Shown one piece after another: positions 40,756 to 64,000 of a stretch of 64,000 nucleotides of DNA (the stretch's first letter is position 1; each line of letters starts with the position of its first letter). The position numbers and the translations under genes are program-made. Below the pieces are notes generated by a model. It searched no databases, was not told where the DNA came from, and saw only the letters and a list, made by a program, of their open reading frames with translations. The stretch is from assembly GCF_018350175.1 (NCBI RefSeq), contig NC_058368.1, positions 186,312,001-186,376,000 on the forward strand, read 5' to 3'. The DNA is from Felis catus. Its lineage: Eukaryota.

Positions 40756-42405
40756 TACTTATAAAAATGCTTCACTCATACATGTACTTACTCATACTAA
40801 GACTAAACCATTTTTACTTTAACTGTTTATAGTAGAAATGCTTTAAAATATTTTAACTCACTCTTAGGATATTTTAAATGGAGTCACTGAAAATTCATTA
40901 TACAATTATTGTAAAATAATAGAAATTTAGGTTGTTAAAGGATTTTGGAAAGCATCTAATCAAATCTCCCAATTATAAAGATGTAGAAATGGAGGCTCAG
41001 AGAAGTGAAGTGATTTGCTGATGGTTCATCTATATATTTTATATTCTTCTGCCTCACTGCTTTCTATCTGCTGTCATTTCTACTTTTGGTCTGCCTGATT
41101 CTAAAGCCCCTCCTGTTTCTCCACAGTTTACTTGTCTCTTCCACTTTGGGGTAAGAAACAAATTAGAGTGAACTAGGTTTAATATATGAGTGAACAGGCT
41201 TTGAGTGAAGGTAGTGATTCTACTGTGAGTAAAATACTTGCCTTTCAATACCTATATTTTGGTTTATTTACTTTGAGTATTGCCTAGTTGTGGATGGTGG
41301 TGGGAGTTGAAGGGAATTCTGGGCTAAGCATCAGGTTATCAATTTTATGAAAAATTAAAATCCTTAGAAAAGCAAAATACAGATAAAAGCGAGGCATTGT
41401 TACATTAACATATGGATAAATATAAAAGTCAGGTAAATGAATTAACTAGCTACCACCACTAACAAAAAATAACCCAAGGATAGTAAATAAATTATGAGAT
41501 TTTAATGTGTTCAATTAGAACTAATATGTGAAAGTTAAACAGAGAAGGTTGTCTGCCAATTCATTTTGTAGTAATTGAGAAACAAGCAAATTAATTTAAG
41601 AAATGCAGGAAAAGTCTATTTGCATATTATCTTTATGACTGTACATAAAGCATCTAGTCTGGAAGAATTCCCATTCAAAAGGACATTAAATTAGCATAGT
41701 GCCGGTCTATAGGTCTCCCCCAATAGTTACCCACATGCTTGTGAACACCCATAGTCAGAGAGATGAATGTTCCTTTTAGCTCAGGTTCTGGAGAATTTAA
41801 GACAATAATTGCTTTCAATGTTTCTGGGGCAGAAAGCATTAGACGGCCAAAATCTGGGTTAAGGACATTTGTAAACCATAGAACTCTTTGAAAATGTACC
41901 CTTTGTGTTACTAACACCTCATATCACTCAGACTTTTCTATAGCAATTTGTAGTTTTGTTTTGGTTTGGTTTTGGTGTGATAGTACACATTTTATTTTTT
42001 CATCTGCAAATATTTGTTATAAGCAACTTTATGATTACAGATTTCATAGACCTGATATGGAATATTTATAATTTTAATCTTATCAATTGTGTATCAATGC
42101 TTAATACTAGCATATAATGAGATGACGTGATGAAGGTGATGATAATGGTGATGATGATGATGTTATTAACACTCACTTATTATGGTGCCTTATATATACC
42201 CGACACTGTTCTAAGCAATTTCCATATATAAATTCATTTGATGATAACATATGGAAGTAGGTTTTTACCAGTAAGTGCTTTCTGACAACAAGTCCTTCTG
42301 CTCCTAATGGCTCTACCACCAGCTCATTATGGTTCCTGAAATCCAACCATGAAGTAGGGTTTTAGAGAGCTTAAACCGGACATCAGAATAGTTTAGGTTC
42401 CAGTC

Positions 42406-45015
42406 TGTGTTCATGTTTAAACTATTGTCTCTCGGTTGCAAATTTATCCTTCTATGTTTTGTAACACCGGTACTGAACTGCACAGCTTTATTTCTCCCTT
42501 TAAGATGTTTCCTACTCAGTTCTGGGAATAGGAAGCCCTCTAGGGAGATGAGAAGAAAGGAGAGAAAAGGAAGAAGGGCTTCCTCATTCCATCTTAGTCT
42601 GTTTTTCTATGGCCCTCCCCTCTGGCAGGAGTACTTAGTTCTGCCTCTAGGTGCTTATGCATTCCCAGATCTAGCCTCGTGGTGACCCCGGCATTGACCT
42701 CTTTTAAAAGTTTGGGCCCAGGCTCTTTGGAATCTTTCCAAGATGATATTCCTAGCCCTTCTTCTTTTTTCCCATAGTTTTAAGGATAACAGCTATTTCT
42801 CTATCTGAACTGCACTTGATACCAGGAGACTCTGAGGTTTATTTGATCATGTCCATGTCCTTTAACGAAGCATCGATTTCCTTTCCAATAGGAAATGACA
42901 TAGTAGTAATTAATAATATGAAGTCACATCACAATTAATTAAAAATGTCACTCTTGTTGATGATGTAATGAAGTAATCCTGAGAATCAAGTGCTTTCAAT
43001 ACTTAATTTTTATGGTAGTTATGATGACTACAAGAACTATGGGTGGTTGGTCTGCTTCTGACTGCATTGGAGAATCAACAGGCAGAAAAGTATAAGCTCA
43101 GGGTTTTTCCTTCTCAGCTGAAGTTATAGAGAACAAAAGACCTTTTATGGCAGTCTCAAAAGAATTTCTTATTTCTAGTAGCCATAGGGCTGGCTTCTCC
43201 TAAAAAGTCGATGCAGATTTTAATTGTGCTGATTATAGAACTATAATGTAAATCAAAATCTTACACTGGCCATGTATCTCATGAGAGAGTCAGGATATTA
43301 ATTGGGAAGGAAAGTGAGGCTAAAACTTGGATGGTGACAGCTGAGTGGACTTGAGCAGGGCTGAGAATCTTAGAACTTTAAGGCTTCCTAAGACTTTCTT
43401 ATAATGGAAACAATCCACCTTCCTGGATGTGAGAAGAGACTCCTGCTCTTGAATTCAGATCCTTCAGTGATTCTGTCAGATAAAAAACTGCAAATCAACC
43501 AGTTGACAGGCCGACTGAAAAAAAAAGTAGTAGAGGAAGGGTGTTACTGTGTCAACTACAATCATGTAACTAATTACAGATATGGGAATTATAGAAGGTA
43601 TGAATATTTCCATTCCTTGCTCGCTATTACTTTCCTAAATATATATAGCTCTAGATATCTCTAAAGACCACATGGGCATTTAAACTAATTGATGGGCGCC
43701 TGGGTGGCGCAGTCGGTTAAGCGTCAGACTTCAGCCAGGTCACGATCTTGCGGTCCGTGAGTTTGAGCCCCACGTCAGGCTCTGGGCTGATGGCTCAGAG
43801 CCTGGAGCCTGTTTCTGATTCTGTGTCTCCCTCTCTCTCTGCCCCTCCCCCGTTCATGCTCTGTCTCTCTCTGTCCCAAAAATAAAATAAACGTTGAAAA
43901 AAAAATTTAAAAAAAAAAAACTAATTGATATTTGTATATATTAAATAGTTTCTTTTGACCTCCTTTCTCCTATCCCTTTAGTGTTCTACATAAAGGTGTT
44001 TTCATCATAGAAAGGCTTACAATGGACTCTTTGGGAAACAGATTATTCAAGTGTGACTGTGATTATATTAGATTAAATGTCATCACTCAGAAATGAATAC
44101 TGTAACTGCTGCCCAGAAATGGATATGATGGCTGTGTGGATCTTGTATATCTCCTTTTTGGACAAATGTTGAGAGTATTTTGTTTGCATCAAGGATAATT
44201 GCATCTTCTGGTTGGGAGTCAGCATACATATACAGAAGTGAATGTGTGATATCAATTAACTGACAGGGTGAAGTATATCTGTTATTAAGCATTTTTCTGT
44301 CATCTCCAAATCCAACCTTCTATACCCTATTTTATGATGCTGGGCCAGGAACTCTTTAATTTCCATTTCTTTTCTGCCCCTGACACGTTATTCTAGTAGA
44401 AGGTGCTGGAGGAAGATTAGAAAGCCGGTGGAAAGAGAAAGGAACATTCTCCTTTCTATCAGTTTGTTTTGCCTTTTAATGTTACCCTTCACCTTGCAAA
44501 AACAGTTGATTAGAGTCTTCAGTGCTTTGCATTTCCAAAGCCAGTCTCCCGAAGGTATCAGTTGCAGTCAAGCAGCACCTCCTCCTTGCGGGACTGATCC
44601 TAAATGTGCAAGTGTTCTTTGGCACGTGACTGAGATCCCAGCAGCACATGGGCAGACCACAGAGGTCTGAGACCCAGCCCCGAGGTGCCCTTCTCCAATT
44701 ACCTGTGATTCCAGCATCGGGCAGGTGGCACCCTGTCCTTGTCTGACTCCCAACTCTGGGGTTTCCTTCTCTGAGCTGCTGAGCTACTTACACCATCCAG
44801 GTGGTGTCTTCTCTTCACATAATGGAGTCCAGCTCTAGAAGGCCTCTTGCCTAACTTTCTAGGCTCTGTGAATAGTACCATCTTTCTTTTGGTGTCTGCT
44901 CCTATAGTTACTATCTCTATGTTGCTCATTCATCAGTTTCTTCTGTATTAAATTCTCTTTATTGAAATACCTAATCTGGTTTCTGTTTTATACAGTTCTA
45001 ATTTGTGTTGACTGG
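42406..45015 (+). mobile_element. Ancient ERVL provirus relic: LTR-like segment, gag remnant, 3' internal segment, second LTR
   Basis: 43286-43350 reads RVRILIGKESEAKTW/DGDS*VD, resembling the ERVL gag motif VRALIGKEWDPETWxGDxW; LTR16/33-like segments at about 42406-42830 and 44278-45015. Confidence 0.65.
43694..43917 (+). mobile_element. Young cat-type Can-SINE
   Basis: gggcgcctgggtggcgcagtcggttaagcg...; TSD AAACTAATTGAT at 43682-43693 and 43918-43929; long A tail. Confidence 0.96.
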
Positions 45016-45831
45016 GATAACTCATGTCCCCATTCAGACTCAATTCCTTACCTGTTTAACTGCTGGGTGGTTATAGAAGGGATTGTACAAATAATATCTA
45101 AGATGATGTTTCCCAATTTTTTGGGGGGGGGGGATACTAGTCCTAACACTGTCTCCCTGCAAAATAATACCTATGGCTGAGGGGATTTGGGAAATGTTAA
45201 ATACTGTAGCAATCTGTGAGAGAATCATAATGCACATAAACATAATAAAGGCTCTGAGAAGTCCAACAGAAAAGAAACTTATTTTACTCTGATTCAGCAC
45301 ATCTTCCCAAATTACTTGATTAGAAAAACTGCTTTATTTTCATTTAACATCTATCACGACTCCATGACATACACTGAGAAATAGTATTCTCTAAAATCCT
45401 TAGCAATTCAGAAGTTTTATAATTTTATGGATTTTTAAGATCATTTTATTGGGGTGAAATCTGCCTCTAATATCTAATGAGTTTAATTGGTCTTACTTAT
45501 CTGTTTCAGTTCTAAGCATAAACGTTGACTTAAAGTAATGTCCTTTGCAGTGAAATGTAGAATGATTGCTGAGGACGCGGCAGGAAGGATGTCAGAACAC
45601 CAGAAAATTACTACAGGAAATGAAAGATGAGATGAGAGAATTCTGGAGGGGATTAAAGAACAGAGTTACACTGGGTTTGATGGGGATATGTATGGTTATG
45701 GCTATGTGAACAAGCTATGGATTCACACTATGTGGGTGTGGCTCTCAGTTATACCATCTGAGTGCCACTGGCTTTTGAAGAAAATTAGTTATCTTCTCTG
45801 TACCTTGGTTTCTTATTTGAAATGGAAGTCT

Positions 45832-46011
45832 GGGGTGCCTGGGTGGCTCACTAGGTTAAATGTCTAACTGTTGATTTCAAGTCAGGTTGTGATCTCAAGA
45901 TTGTGAGGTTGAGCCCTGCATCAGGCTCTGCACTGCGTGTGGAACTTGCTTAAGATTCTTCTTTTACCTCTCCCTCTGCTCCCCACCCCCCAACTCTCTC
46001 ACTCTCAAAAA

Positions 46012-46045
<34 letters not shown>
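45832..46045 (+). mobile_element. Can-SINE with (AAAT)n tail, inserted in a MIR
   Basis: Flanking AAATGGAAG direct repeat; MIR-like sequence on both sides. Confidence 0.9.
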
Positions 46046-46046
<1 letters not shown>

Positions 46047-46684
46047 ATGGAAGATAATAGTGGTACATACTTTACTGATTTGTGAGGAAGGTTAAATGTA
46101 ACATAGAATATAAGATGATTAACCTCTGCCTAGCATTTAATGTACTTTCTAAAACAGAAACAAGCCCTATATAATTAGACTAATTTAATTTACATAGAAA
46201 AGAATAGGAATGACACAAGTATAAATTGTTCAAAATGGAAGGACCTCAAAAGGGCATCTGATCCATCCCTCTTATCCTATAGCTGAGAATAGAAGGAAGT
46301 CTCCCAGAGACCAAGAGATTTGGTCACGGAGCTAGTTAATGGAGATGTTGGATGGAGTTCTCTGTCTCCCCCCCTTAGTAGAGAGCTATTTCAATTAACT
46401 TGTCATTTGTTAGGCTGTAGAATTTTCCCATTTTTCTGTATTAACTCAAGAGTAGTAATCTCAAAATGTTTTTTTCTGCATTCATAGCTCAGGGTGATAG
46501 CAATGATATTTAAGCCCCAACAACAGCAATGAAGAGTTTATCAGTTTGGACAAACCACATCACATGCTTTTTCCTACTTCTAGTTCCTGTTTCTCTAAGA
46601 GTATCATTCAATATGGGAGAAACATGGCTGGACTTAGAATCAGGGAGAAATAGAATAGCATAAAAAGAGAAATAGTCTCAATTA

Positions 46685-46960
46685 ATTTTTTTCAGCTTTA
46701 TTGAGGTATAATTGACAAAATCACAAGGTATTTAAAGTGTACAATGTGATGATTTGATATATGAATACATTATGAATGATTCTCCCCACTGAGTTAGTCA
46801 ATTAATGTATCTATCACCTCACATATTTACCTTTTTTTTTTGCTGAGAACATTCAAGTTCTACTCTCTTACCAAATTTTAATTGTGTAATATAGTGCTGT
46901 ACTCTAGTTGTCATATTATACACTGGATGCTCAGACCTTATTCATCTTACAACCGAAAGC
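46685..46960 (-). mobile_element. L1MA-type 3' end
   Basis: cagctttattgaggtataattgaca...aagtgtacaatgtgatgatttgatata...ctcagaccttattcatctta. Confidence 0.85.
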
Positions 46961-47129
46961 ATGTTGAGTGAAGCAGGAAAGACATGAAAAATTGTCTCTG
47001 TGAATACAAACTTAACTCTGTTTAGAGTGAGATGACTGAGACTGCCTGTCCCATACCTTCTACCTGTCAGAATCACTGGGGACTCTAACATTGGGTAGAG
47101 GTAACCACTTCATTTCTTCATATTTAAGA

Positions 47130-47952
47130 GAAAGCTCTTTTTCCCTATCTTTATTAACCAGATCCAGGGAACCATGTTTATTTTTGTTTTATTTAGTGGC
47201 ATACTTAAAAAGGTAGAAAATATGAGATATAACCACAGTCAAAATATAACAAAGTTTCCTTATAGTCTCATTTTTTTTCTACAATCTCATGGAATTATGA
47301 TGAGCATATTATTTTTAAAGGAGCTCCTAATAAGATAAAACACCACTGTATTGCAGCTTAATTAAAGCAATATACATATGCATACTTTATGTATTTATTG
47401 AGGTAAAATAGCACAGCAAGGTTAAAAACAAATGGCTAAGTTCAGGCTTAACTGTTAATTGTTAATACAGGCTTAACAATGTCACTGGAAACCATTTTAC
47501 TAGCACAAAGGCCTTCAACATGCTGGTATTAACCTATTGATAAATATTTAGACTATTTATATTGTGTACTCTTTGACAACTAAGCCAAAATAAACATATT
47601 TTAAGGCAACCTTTGGAAGTATTAGCATTTCTTATTTTATCTTTGTGGTTAATGCTCTTCACAGTGACAATTAAAATATTGAACATTGAAAGACAAAGAT
47701 TGACAAATTCATCTTCAGGGAATCTTATTCTCATACAAATTCTTCCTCTAACATATAGAAAAGTCAGTTTTCAACAACCTTCAACTTCCAGTTTTGAGGG
47801 GTAACATTATTGCTTTTTGGCCCAAATATGCTTACTCAAAGCTATGTGTTACAGGTTTTCAATGTTCAGAAAAGCATCCATACAATTCTTAATGCTATTT
47901 TTAAAAATTAGAAAATGAGAACTTATAGAATAGAAGTTATCCTGGCTGCAAG
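47130..47952 (-). other. GABRA6: GABRA6 3' UTR (end approximate)
   Basis: AU-rich, repeat-free stretch after the stop codon, ending at a cluster of AATAAA signals. Confidence 0.7.
47150..47193 (-). terminator. Polyadenylation signal cluster
   Basis: Three minus-strand AATAAA (plus-strand tttatt) at 47188-47193, 47177-47182 and 47150-47155; one more at 47394-47399. Confidence 0.6.
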
Positions 47953-63870
<15,918 letters not shown>

Positions 63871-64000
63871 CCTGCAGAGCACTGCAATGCCCCAGTTCAC
63901 CCTCCTCCTGGCTTCTCCTCCCTCCTAACAAGCACCCCTTTGCCAATCAACTAGAGTAATATTCCAGACCCCTCATATCTCTTTTCCCTGTTTGCGTCCA
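63871..64000 (-). promoter_or_regulatory. GABRA6: GABRA6 5' UTR / proximal region (TSS probably beyond the window)
   Basis: Immediately upstream of the start ATG; contains a short uORF and an overlapping TTGGCA / ATTGG motif at 63941-63947. Confidence 0.6.

Noticed and set aside
63932..63947. Possible full NFI site in the 5' region
   Set aside because: Only a TGCCAA half-site is present; the partner half of TTGGC-N5-GCCAA is absent.

Overview
Mammalian genomic DNA from a felid (probably domestic cat or a close relative), judged from abundant carnivore tRNA-derived SINEs, including near-intact young cat-type copies. The right quarter holds the complete coding sequence of GABRA6 (GABA-A receptor alpha-6 subunit) on the minus strand: 9 coding exons from ATG at 63870 to TAG at 47953, all GT-AG, 1362 nt, 453 aa, with a 3' UTR ending near 47150. 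The rest (1 to about 47000) is downstream intergenic DNA: decayed LINE-1s of several ages, many Can-SINEs, MaLR/ERVL LTRs, an internally deleted ERVL provirus relic, MIR/L2 fragments, a DNA-transposon MITE and microsatellites. Nearly all other ORFs in the track are repeat-derived or chance. I found no clearly novel system. The best leads, all hypotheses, are a candidate in-frame 96-nt cassette exon in intron 8, the alpha6-short alternative acceptor, an RE1-like element in intron 1, a uORF, and a young antisense SINE with inverted partners around exon 8. Repeat boundaries and subfamily names are by eye and approximate.
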